This document shows, one piece after another, positions 37,305 to 48,600 of a stretch of DNA of 64,000 nucleotides. A program made the position numbers and the translations under genes. This DNA comes from Octopus sinensis (taxonomy: Eukaryota), in contig NC_043008.1 of NCBI RefSeq assembly GCF_006345805.1, positions 23,064,001 through 23,128,000 of the forward strand. Direction: 5' to 3'. Each line of letters opens with the position of its first letter. Position 1 is the stretch's first letter. Under the pieces are notes generated by a model. It was not told the DNA's origin and searched no databases. It saw only the letters and a list, made by a program, of their open reading frames with translations.

Positions 37305-40300
37305 TGCTGTGGAGAAAATAGTAATAATGGTAAACCCCCTCCCTCATGATGAGTGGTGTGTGATAGTCATTATAAATACTGTCAGACAGTGTCAGTATGG
37401 GTAGAGAGTACAAAGTAGACAGTCATAGATAGTTGTGGTTTTACTTGTCTAATTAACTATACTACTATACTAGAGTGGGCATTATAAAAGTCAGACAAAA
37501 GGATTACAACAGTGGCAATGAGGAATTAACAAACTCACAAAAATGTTTTGTGTGAATTTTACAGTATACAAAATTGTAAAATTATGGAAAAATTGTTGGT
37601 CAGTTTGCTTGAGTTGCAAAAACAGCAGCAACAGCAACTGAAAGAACAACAACAGCAACAGCTGAAACTACAAGAACAACAGCTGAAGCAACAACAACAA
37701 CAAATGCTACAATTAATGAATAGTAAGTCATCAGAAAATGCTGAAAAGATGTTCTCACTGGATTATGTTGTGATCTCAATAACAGTTTAAGTATGAACCA
37801 AATAAAGGAGTTACCTTCAAGGCGTACTATAGAAGATATGAACAAATCTTCAATAAAGAGTGCAAAGATTGGGACAACGATATGAAAATGCATTTAATCT
37901 TAGGAAAACTGGCAACAGGAGAACATGAGCTTTACAGCAATTATGTACACCCGAAAGAACCTTCTGACATATACTTTAAAGATACAGTAAACATATTGTG
38001 TAAACTTTTTAGCAAGAAAAGCTTGTTCAATACATGCTGGAAATATTTGAACATAGAAAAGAACAATGTGGAGGACTACATCACATGTGCTGGTAGAGTT
38101 AACAGAGAATGTGTAAAGTTTAAACTGGATGAATTATTGCTAAATATGTTCAAGTGCCTGATATTTACTCAGGGACTAAATTCAGAGAAAGATGCAGAAG
38201 TAAGAATTAGTATTCTCACTAAGCTGGAACAAAACCAAGTGGTAATCTTACAACATGTGCTAGAAGAGTGTGAAAGAATGATAAATTTAAGACACAACAC
38301 AGAGAAAATCAAACATAAAGATTGCTCCCAAGTGAAACAAGTGCATCAGAAAATACAAAACAGGCAGAATAGAAATCAAGTGTGTACTAAAATACCATAC
38401 AAACAGGACAAAAATCAGGAAATAAACCCGTTTTACATGTGGCGGTCTACAAGAAAGTGGAATGTTTCCTTTGTGGAAAAATTGGCTACAAGTAAAATGA
38501 AGATAACAAAATGTTAGAACAAAGAAAAAAAGAATAAACAAGATGTTGTTGAAAGAAAATGGTAATATAACAAAGAGGAATTTGTAAATGTGAAAATTGA
38601 ACATATAAGAGTAAAAATGCAGTTAGACACTGAAAGTGATATAACCATTTGTAATTAAGTGGTGCAAAAATAATTAGACAAAAATAATTACAGAGGCATC
38701 AAATTGCTGGGCCAGGTGATGAAAGTGATATTACCATTATAAATGAAGAAAGTATATCGGTAAGCCAAAATTAAGTAAATCTACAAAAGTAGCACACGGT
38801 GTTAAGGGTAAAAGATTGTATTTTGTTGGTGAATTTGTGTGTAACATAACATTTTGCAACCAAATGAAAATGGCAAAAGTATATGTGTTAAAAAATTCAG
38901 TTAATTCATTTGACACAGAGTGGATGGAACTATTCAAATTGTGGAATATGCCCATAAATGTTTTTTGTCAGTTCAGTTGAAGGTTTAAATGCAGCTGAGG
39001 GACTGAAATGAAAAATAAAACATTTATTTCCAGATATTTTCTTGGAAAAACTGGCCTGCTGCATGAAAACAAGGGCAAAAATTGATTGTAGTAAAACAAA
39101 TTGCAACATCTGTACCATTTGCAGCAATAGAATAAGGAACTTGAAAGATTTGAAAGCCTAGGATTAATCAAGAAGATGGACCATTCAGACTGGGCAGCAC
39201 CTACAGTGTACATAAAAAAGAAAAATAATAAGAGTTTGTGCAGATTTTTCAACAGGATTGAATGATTGCTTAATCTCACATAGCGATCCATTGCTGAGTC
39301 CCGAGGAAATGTTCACAAAATTGAATGGAGGGAAATTTTTCTCAAAATTAGACCTCTTGGAGGCATATCTAGAAATCCAAGTACAAGAAAAATGCTCACA
39401 CTTATTAACCATTAATACACACTGTGGCAGCTTCCCTTTGGTGGAAAAGTGGCTCCTTCTATATTTCAGCAAGTAATAGATACATTGCTGGGTGACTGAT
39501 TTTGCTATCACCTATTTAGACGATATCCTAATGAAAATCAAATCACATGAACATGTAGAATACATTAAAAGGGTATTCGAAAAGGTAAGAGAATATGGCT
39601 TCAAGTGAATGGAAGAAAAATGTTTTTTTCTTCAAAAGATTAAATACTTGGTTCTATATTTAAGAGATGAGGAATTATGTACATTATTTATATTCGACGA
39701 ATATTTGTCCTCATCTTGTTTGTTGTTAAATAATGTAAATAATGTATTAAATACTTGGGGTCAGATGATAGATAAAAACAGATGGTAACCAGATCCATCC
39801 AGAGCAACAACAATAAAAAATATACCCACTCTGAATAATGTGACTATGCTACATGCATTTTGGAGTTTTTAAATTACTATCAAATTTACATTCTCAAAAT
39901 ACATAATGTAAGGGCCCCCTTGCTAAATACATAATGGTGCTGGGCTGGTAAGTGTCAGAAGGCATTTAACAAGTTAAAAAACATTTTAACATCAGACTTA
40001 TCATTAGTTGGATATTATATTGACTACAGATGCAAGGGATTGCAGTGTAGGAGCTATGCTTCTGCACAAATATGACGACGGGAGTAAAAAGGCTATAGCC
40101 CATGCATCACGATAGTTATTATCAGCAGAATGGAACTATAACCAAATAGAAAAGGAAGCATTAGCAATCATATTCGATGTGAAAAGATTCCAGAGATTTA
40201 TACATGGAAGAAGTTTTCTTCTACAAACAGATCATTGTCCACTACTGTCAATATACGGTTCTAAAAAAAGGAATACCAACACACACAGTGAATAGACTAC

Positions 40301-41286
40301 AGCAATGGGACACTACATTATTGAATTATGACTACAAAATGGAATTTTTACCATAAAAAAAAAAAACTAAGGTTGCGGATGGTTTGTCCAGACTGAAACC
40401 GAAACACTGTGAGCCATGGACATGCAGAACTCTTTATTGATACATCCAAGAGAGCCTTAAGAAAGTCACGAATAAGGTAGCTCTACAACAATTCTTAAGA
40501 GTATACCATGTGACGCCAAATTCAAATACAACAGCAGGTATGTCACCAGCAGAGCTGATGTATGCAAGGAAAATAAAATCAGTCTTTGACAAAGTGCTAC
40601 CTGGCAAAAAAAAGAAAAATTGCAACAAATAATACAGCAAAATATTTCAAAATTGGTGAAAAGGTAATTTGTTAGGGCATATAAGAATGGAGAACAAAGT
40701 TGGGAAGAATGGTGTGATTACCAAACACATAGGAAAAATGCTATACTTCGTAAAAGGAAAAGGGTATACAAAAGACACATGAACCAACTGAAAAAAAGAT
40801 TCGTTGAGAGCGAACCCAAGAGAATGGAAGAACCAATAGAATGGTTTTATGATACTTTTCAAGTACCAATGCTACTACAAATAATTGAACCCAGATGCAC
40901 AAGCGTAAGAAAAAGAAAATGTATGGAGTTCCTGGAAGTGAATGCCAAATGAAAAAATATTAAATGTGTAACTGTATAAAAAAAATTAAAAAAACTCAAA
41001 ACAGGGAGGTGGGGGTGATGTAAAAATTATTGCTATTAAAAGAAATAAAATTACACTCCCTAAGAAAAAAGAAAAACTTAAAAGAGATGTTATGGGGATA
41101 ATAGTAATAATGGTACACCCCTCACACATGAGTGGTATGTGGTAGTCATTAAAAATACTGTCAGTCAGTATCAGTATGGGTAGAGAGTACGAAGTAGACG
41201 GTCATAGATAGTTGTGGTCTTACTTGCCTAACTAACTATATTGCTATACTGGAGTGGATATCATAACAGATGAGAGGATTACAACA
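37305..41286 (+). mobile_element. Gypsy/Ty3 LTR retrotransposon, degenerate, 5-bp TSD GTTAA
   Basis: LTRs 37305-37511 and 41088-41286 (TG..CA); PBS-like gtggcaatgagg; gag 37570-38517; protease MQLDTES; RT SDWAAP, YLDDIL; RNase H DAR..GA..EKEALA; most of the integrase core appears deleted. Confidence 0.93.
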
Positions 41287-41809
41287 GTTAATCAATGTGT
41301 GTGTTTTGTCCATGCTCTACTGATTTTGCTAAACCATGTTTATTTTGCCCAATGCACTACTAATTTTACCAGTCTACTGCCCTTATGTTAAAACAATAAT
41401 AACAAAATTAAAATTAATAACAATTGAAAATTTCACTTACCATACAAAAGAAATACTATAAAAAGATAATTTTAATTTTTGTTTTGTTTAAATCTTGTCA
41501 CATTTAGCTAGCTACTACCTAAGAGTTAGTTTTCAATCAAAAGTTCTGTTTGATTTGGTATAATTCTTGATATTTCTTTCAGAGAGATTATCAACATTTT
41601 AGAAATATTAAATTTCTAAATATCTCAGAGAGATATGTGTGGTGGTGGAGCGATAGAGTGGTTGTATACTGTCAACTTAACGTGACAGTCCTGTAAAGGG
41701 AATTACACCACTGCTATTTAGCCCTAGGAAGCATCGATGCTTGACACATTTCCTGTGTCCTTATATATTTACGAAGGGGAGACAAGCACCCCCAAAAGCT
41801 AGGCCTGCA

Positions 41810-41855
41810 TCTAGAGACATGCATGTTTCTGGGTCTTGCCCGTCATCAGTCTAGA
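41810..41855 (-). ncRNA. Type I hammerhead ribozyme motif
   Basis: Minus strand: tctaga-CTGATGA-cggg caaga ccca-GAAAC-atgcat-GTC-tctaga. Perfect 6-bp stem I, palindromic loop III, GUC triplet; C/A mismatch at the base of stem II. Confidence 0.8.
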
Positions 41856-41874
41856 GTAGCAAGGCCTGCTAGCT

Positions 41875-43530
41875 TTCTCTTTATTATAGGCACACTGGCC
41901 TGAATGAAAAGGGGACATAACAATACAGGACATGGGGCACATATAACAAAAATACAGAAAGGATGATATGAAATGAAGTATTAACAATGAATTAAATGAA
42001 ATGGCTTACGAGCCCCCCAAAGCTCACAGTTTCATTTACAATTACAGTTATACTATCTGGGGTGTTCGTCAGTAATGTAAACGAGTAATTCTTCCTGCTC
42101 TATAATGCAGGGTAAACTGTCATATCGAATGTAGTGTGCAATGCACACAACTGTATTTGGAAACAAATTCATTAATTTATTTACCGTCTCTTTATCTAAT
42201 ATTACTGCCTTTAATTCATTATCGTATATCCTTGGGTTCAATTTCACTCTCGTTAGACCTTTCATTATCGCTAATTTTTTCTCAATTTCTTTATCTTTTC
42301 AGTACAACGTTACAGCTCTGAAATTTTTTCCTTTGAGTCTTCCTCCTTTCTTGCATGTTTTCAGACATTCTTCCACTTTTGTTGACCATATTTCCATTTC
42401 CTCCAACATTTGACCTTCACTCAATTTAATTGTTGTAAATTTCCCTTCGTGTGGTCGATCCTCTGTCTCTACGGCAATTTTTTATTTTTTTTATTTTCTT
42501 TTTTTGGTCTTTCAGTGGTGATTCCACCCATGTTCACTTTCTATCCTCTTTTCCTTCTGTTCTCTCCTTTTCTTTCTCCTTCTCTAGCTTGTTGCCACTT
42601 TCCATATTATCTGTTGTCATGATCTCTTCTTCCACTTGTAGTTCTACATTCTCTCTTTATAACTCCCCTGTCCAAGCTTTTATTTCTTCCTTCAGGGTTA
42701 TCGTCTTCTCTTGTATTTCTCTTTGAGGACACACATCCTTCATGTGCCCTCTGCTCTTACATTTATAACACACTGGTGGAATCTCCTCCACCACGACTCT
42801 CAGTTGTGTCTCATCGGGGAACACCAACTCCTCTGGGATGTTGTACAAATCTAGCAGGGTTATGTGGATTAGGGCTTCCACCGCATAACCCCACCAGTTT
42901 ATTTCATTCAACTTTTCCACCTTGAGTATGTCCACGTCCTCCTTGCAGTTGTAAATTATTGCTGCTACTATTCTTTCGGTATCAAGTTCCGGTGGAACTT
43001 ACCACAGTAAGTAGTTAGTAATACCCACTTATCTGATCTCAACGCTGTTGTTGCATTCCTTTTTGCTTCATCTTCATTTTTGAAGCGAACTTCTACTGTT
43101 GCATATTTTCTACCTCTATTGTAGAAGGTAGTTCTTTCTTTTATTTCTTGTAAGCACTTTTCAATCTCTTCCACTTCTGCCACATCTATTCTTTTTGAGA
43201 CCACACTGTTCTGTATGTTATCGTTTTTGTCTCTGCTTTTTGAACTTCGTCTTCTGGTGGTGTAATTCTCAGACAGTCTCCTTCCTTTTTGAAGCTGTCA
43301 TAGTATTTCCTCAGATTTTCCTTCTCAATAGTTACTTCTTTTAACTGTAATGCATCAGCAGACAGGCTTTTGCCTGCTGCTTTCGCATAAGTCTGGGCTT
43401 GCATACCCAACAAAGAATTCAACAATTATAACGTTCAACACAAAGCAACAGTTTTCAACAACAATATGCAACAACAAAATTCAACTCACAACTGCAAATC
43501 CGACACAAACACTCCCTTGCGAGGTCACCA
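41875..43530 (-). mobile_element. ORF1-only (HAL1-like) retroelement, copy 2, 25-bp TSD
   Basis: TSD tcta(g/a)agtagcaaggcctgctagct at 41850-41874 and 43531-43555; empty site at 47447-47471. Frameshifted ORF1 with PPVCYKCKSRGHMKDVC; ends AATAAAgagaa; no RT. Confidence 0.88.
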
Positions 43531-43603
43531 TCTAAAGTAGCAAGGCCTGCTAGCTGAAGATACCTGTCTAGACTTTGTAAATATATATATATATATATAT
43601 ATG

Positions 43604-43640
<37 letters not shown>

Positions 43641-43645
<5 letters not shown>

Positions 43646-44263
43646 AAAATAGTAAAGTGTGAAAAAACGACAGAAGGCTTAAATGTTAAAAAATATATAT
43701 ATTTGTGTCAAAATGTCTGGAGAATATTGGAAAAATTTTTTTCCTTTCCTTAAAATGACATAATTTTAAAATTTTTAAAGAAATTACCGGTTTCGCGTGT
43801 AGCTTTTCAAATTTCTTGTGACGTTATGTTTATATTGCATGGAATTATCGTTGTTTTTATTTCCAGGAGAAATTCCAGGAGAAATTACCGAAACCGGTAA
43901 TTTCTTTAAAAATTTTAAAATTATGTCATTTTAAGGAAAGGAAAAAAATTTTTCCAATATTCTCCAGACATTTTGACACAAATATATATATTTTTTAACA
44001 TTTAAGCCTTCTGTCGTTTTTTCACACTTTACTTCTCCTGGAAATAAAAACAACGATAATTCCATGCAATATAAACATAACGTCACAAGAAATTTGAAAA
44101 GCTACACGCGAAACCGGTAATTTCTTTAAAAATTTTAAAATTATGTCATTTTAAGGAAAGGAAAAAAATTTTTCCAATATTCTCCAGACATTTTGACACA
44201 AATATATATATTTTTTAACATTTAAGCCTTCTGTCGTTTTTTCACACTTTACTATTTTCTTAT
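43641..44263. repeat. Inverted plus tandem ~230-bp PLE-pLTR-like repeat with mutated hammerhead
   Basis: 43641-43871 is the reverse complement of 44032-44263; 43890-44031 is a partial third copy. Confidence 0.85.
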
Positions 44264-44300
44264 ATATTCACCCACGTGCTTTACCAAACAAACTTTCTTA

Positions 44301-44345
<45 letters not shown>

Positions 44346-44346
44346 C

Positions 44347-44421
<75 letters not shown>

Positions 44422-44475
44422 CATATACATATATATACATATACATATATATACATATACATATATATACATATA

Positions 44476-46972
44476 CCAATCCGTGATGATATCACGGATT
44501 GGTGTACTAAATGTGAACCTCTCAGGGAAGGCCACCCTCAAGATTGTCCAGACCTATGCTCCCACAAGTGCCAGCGACGATGACGAGGTGGAAGAATTCT
44601 ATCAACAACTAGACAAAGGGTTAGCTATGAAGTCCACTTACACTGTCGTGATGGGAGACTTCAACGCAAAGGTTGGACATAGACGACAAGGAGAGGAATA
44701 CGTCGGGAGAAAGGAGAACGTTTGGCAGAGGCGAGGCAGTTCTACATCGGAAACAGCCTATTCAGGAAGAGGGAGAGGAAGAGATGGATTTGGATATCGC
44801 CGAACTCTAAGCACTGAAGTGAGATCGACTACATCCTGGTTGATAAGCGACGCATATTGCATGACGTCTCCTTCGTGATGCCATTCAACACCATCAGCGA
44901 TCATTGTCTGGTAAGGGCGAGGGTCGTCATCGACGAGAAGAGGGTGAAGATGGCGTTATATTTGGCGTCGAAGGGAAACGTGTCCGAGTCTACAACGAGG
45001 CAAAGCTGCAGGAAGCCATCATGCAGGAAGACTGGTGCCAAGGAGACGACATAGACGATGACTACAACTCACCGATAGGGAAACTGAAGGAGTGTTTAAG
45101 GAAGGCTAAAGGTGTATGCCCAAGAGAAAAGAAGGGAAGAATCTCGGAAGAAACTACGAAGTTACTCGAGAAGAGGAAAAATATGAAGAGGACTATTGAA
45201 TATTCCATTCTCAGCAGAGTGATTTGTCAGCAACTAAAGAAAGACTTTGAGGCATACTGGATGGAGAAGCTCTTGAAGGCTGCAGAGGAAAAGAAGAGCC
45301 TCAAGAAATGCAAGAGGGACATGGTACTATATAGATCCGAGGTGACGGCCCTGGAGAATACAGATGGAATACCGGTCAACGAGAAGAGCGAGATGGAAAA
45401 AGTTTGTGAAGACTTCTACACCAAGCTCTTTAAGTCTACCAGAAATGTCCAGTCGTTACCACCACTCCAACAGGAAGAAAACGTGCCACTTATCCTTGTC
45501 AGTGAGGTTGAAAGAGCCATCGGCTCGATGAAAATCGGAAAGGCTCCAGGGAAAGACGGGATAACATCGGAGGTGCTAAAGTCAGGCAGAGAGCAGCTCT
45601 GGAAAATCCTCACTGAGCGATTTACGCACTATCTAGACGATGGAAGAATTCCCTTGCAGTGGAAAGAGTCAAATACCATCCTGCTGTATAAGAAGGGCGA
45701 CAGAGAAGATCTAAAGAACTACCGACCCATATGCCTGCTTTCTCACGTGTACAAGCTGTTCATGAAGATAATTCTGAACAGGTTGTCACGTCGTCTCGAC
45801 GAACAACAACCGAGGAGCAAGCAGGCTTCCGGAAGAACTACAGCACAATGGACCATATATTTGCTCTAACGCAACTGCTTGAGCGAGCAAATGAGTACAA
45901 GCTGCCTCTTTGCGTTGCGTTTATAGATTATGAGAAGGCCTTCGATAGCGTCGAAACCAACGCATTGCTGAACTCGCTGCAGAGGCAAGGAATCGAAGCG
46001 CAATATGTGCAGCTGCTCAGAGAGGCAAATTCCGGATGCACCACCAACATAGCTCTACTGTCATCACCCATACGAGTGCTGGTCGAGAAGGGAGTGAAGC
46101 AAGGAGATACAATCTCCCCAAAACTTTTCACTGCATGTCTCGAACAGATCATCAGAGGCATCAAATGGCAAGGTGGTGTCAACATCAATGGCAAGCTCCT
46201 CACTCACCTCCGTTTTGCTGACGACATCGTACTCATCGCTGAAAACATGGATCAGCTTCAGACCATGCTGACGGAGCTCGACATCAAAAGTTCTGCAGTA
46301 GGTCTCAAGATGAACCGCATGAAAACAAAGTTCATGCGGTCAGAATGGTGATCGGCAGTGATGAAATAGAGGAGATGAGAGAATATGTCCACCTGGGGCA
46401 GGAAGTAAATATGTGCCGGGATATCAAAAAGGAGATCTCACGGAGAGTAAGGGCTGGATGGAAGGCGTTCAATGGCATAAGGAATGTGCTCAAGGGAAGG
46501 TTGGACAGGACCACCCGCGCCAACCTCATTAACAGTGCAGTTCTGCCTGCAATGTTATATGGTAGTGAAACATGGGCTACCACAAAGAGAGAAGAGCAAA
46601 GACTGATAACAGCTCAAAGAGCCATGGAAAGGTCAATGCTTGGTATCTCGTTGAGAGAGCACATAAATAGCAAGATCATCAGAAAGAAGTCTGGCGTGAG
46701 AGATGTCATCGCAGAGTATACTCGCAGCAAGTATAGATGGGCTGGACATGTCGCCCGGCTCACCGATAATCGGTGGACGCACGCAGTTATCGAGTGGTAC
46801 CCGCGTGAGCGGAAAAGACTACCCGGAAGACCTCCACGACGATGGAGTGACGATTTCAAGAGGACGATTGGGATCACGTGGATGAGAAAGGCGCGATCCA
46901 GACAGGAGTGGACAGCGTGCTGTGACCAGCGGTGTCAAATGGATGCCTGACGGACAGGTCGGTCAAAGTGAT
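44476..46972 (+). mobile_element. RTE LINE of a second, GC-richer family (partial EN + RT), frameshifted, in a (TA)n/(TATACA)n microsatellite
   Basis: [87 protein letters not shown]. Confidence 0.95.
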
Positions 46973-47074
46973 ATATACATATACATATATATACATATAC
47001 ATATACATACATACATATACATATACATACATATACATACATATACATATACATATACAAACATACACATACAT

Positions 47075-47151
<77 letters not shown>

Positions 47152-47171
47152 TTTCAGTGAAGTTTATTCAC

Positions 47172-47498
47172 TGATCACCAAAATTAGAAATATTAAATTT
47201 CTAAATATCTCAGAGAGATATGTGCGGTGGTGGAGTGATAGAGTGGTTGTATACTGTCAACTTAACGTGACAATCCCGTAAAGGGAAGTACATCACTGCT
47301 ATTTAGCCCTCGGAAGCATCGACACTTCCTGTCAGCCTTGACACATTTCCTATGTCCTTATATATTTACGAAGGGGAGACAAGCACCCCCAACAGCTAGG
47401 CCTGCATCTGGAGACATGCATGTTTCTGGGTCTTGCCCGTCATCAGTCTAAAGTAGCAAGGCCTGCTAGCTGAAGATACCTGTCTAGACTTCGTAAAT
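47172..47498 (-). mobile_element. ~330-bp hammerhead-bearing short element, copy 2 (intact, long TSD)
   Basis: Flanked by a duplicated (TA)n-T-run-cagtgaagtttattcac (~47150-47171 and ~47510-47532); no meaningful ORF; HHR at 47407-47452. Confidence 0.85.
47407..47452 (-). ncRNA. Type I hammerhead motif (sister of 41810-41855)
   Basis: tttaga-CTGATGA-cgggcaagaccca-GAAAC-atgcat-GTC-tccaga; stem I has one mismatch and one GU pair. Confidence 0.75.
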
Positions 47499-47768
47499 AT
47501 ATATATATATTTTTTCAGTGAAGTTTATTCACAATATTTTGTTTTGAGTAATTTGTTATTTACTTAAAGTAATGATTGTTCAGATATATTTAATAGCTGT
47601 CATAGACAGTACAAAGACTATCTGCAATACTTTATTTTAAAGTTTTACAGTTTAATTTTTCTGTTTATGACTATAGGTGGAATTTATATTCTTTTTTATA
47701 TTTAAACTACAGTATAGTTCATTTGTTAGATAATCATATATTGTACACTCTAATTCTATTTATTTCAG

Positions 47769-47888
47769 CTAAAGCAGCAGCTTGCATTTCAAGCTGTCAT
47801 TGACCCTTTCCATGCAAAAAATCGCCATATACTTTACGATACTTATGGCATACAACTACCTCTGATTTCACAGAAAAGACAAGGCAAA
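47769..47888 (+). CDS. Host gene internal exon (120 nt, phase 0/0), protein not recognised
   Basis: tctatttatttcag acceptor, AAA|gtaagt donor, open frame LKQQLAFQAVIDPFHAKNRHILYDTYGIQLPLISQKRQGK; not transposon-like. Confidence 0.8.
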
Positions 47889-48029
47889 GTAAGTTCCTCC
47901 ATTATTTCTATAATTTCAATGATCACATATCATCATTGTTGCTGCCATTGTCATTGTTGTCAGCATTGGTGTCATAGTTGGCATCAGTGTCAGTAACAAC
48001 AGCATCACCCTCATCACCCTCATCATTAT

Positions 48030-48600
48030 TTTGTCCACTTTCCAAGCTGGCATGAGTTGGATGGATCTCCTGCCTGAGTTATCTCCCATTGATTTTCATA
48101 TGTGTCATTTGGTTTGGTTTTTACAATTAGATGCCATTCTTATTACCAACCACTTTACAGAGTGCACTGGGTGCACTTTTCATGTATCAACACTAGAGGG
48201 GTTGAATAAAGGGCGTGTGCATTTGCTCAGGTGACCAAGGAAGGATTAGAAGAGTGATCTGCCTCATGGGTTTGAGGAAATCTGATATGTGTGTTAGCCA
48301 AATTGGTTGGTGACTGGCTGGTTTCTTGATCTGTGTTGTTATGTCACAGAAATCCAATATTTTCAAATCCTCCTCATGCCTTGTACCAAAGCCATAGCCT
48401 CCATGGATATCATGGAAGCCCTTATAGAGTTGACCAACATATCCATTAAAGTCACCAGCCATAACAATGAAGTCACTGTCAATCTTTCTTGAAGTAGTTT
48501 GCAGAAGGGGTCCTGTAGAACTGCTTCTTCTGGTTGTCTGTCAATCCTGACTGTAAGGTATATATGGAGATAAATGTTGTTATTGAGCTGTCTATAACTC
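48030..48600 (-). mobile_element. Old RTE/SINE remnants (3' repeat piece plus EN fragment)
   Basis: AGDFNGYVGQ..HGGYGFGTRHEE (48193..48462) beside an RTE-type 3' UTR remnant. Confidence 0.7.

Larger units (their letters stand above)
41598..43580 (-). mobile_element. ~330-bp hammerhead-bearing short element, copy 1, interrupted by an ORF1-only element
   Basis: 41598-41874 plus 43556-43580 align collinearly with the uninterrupted copy 47184-47498. Confidence 0.85.

Noticed and set aside
37600-37790. Poly-glutamine ORF as a host gene
   Set aside because: It lies just after the PBS of the Gypsy element and is the N-terminus of gag.
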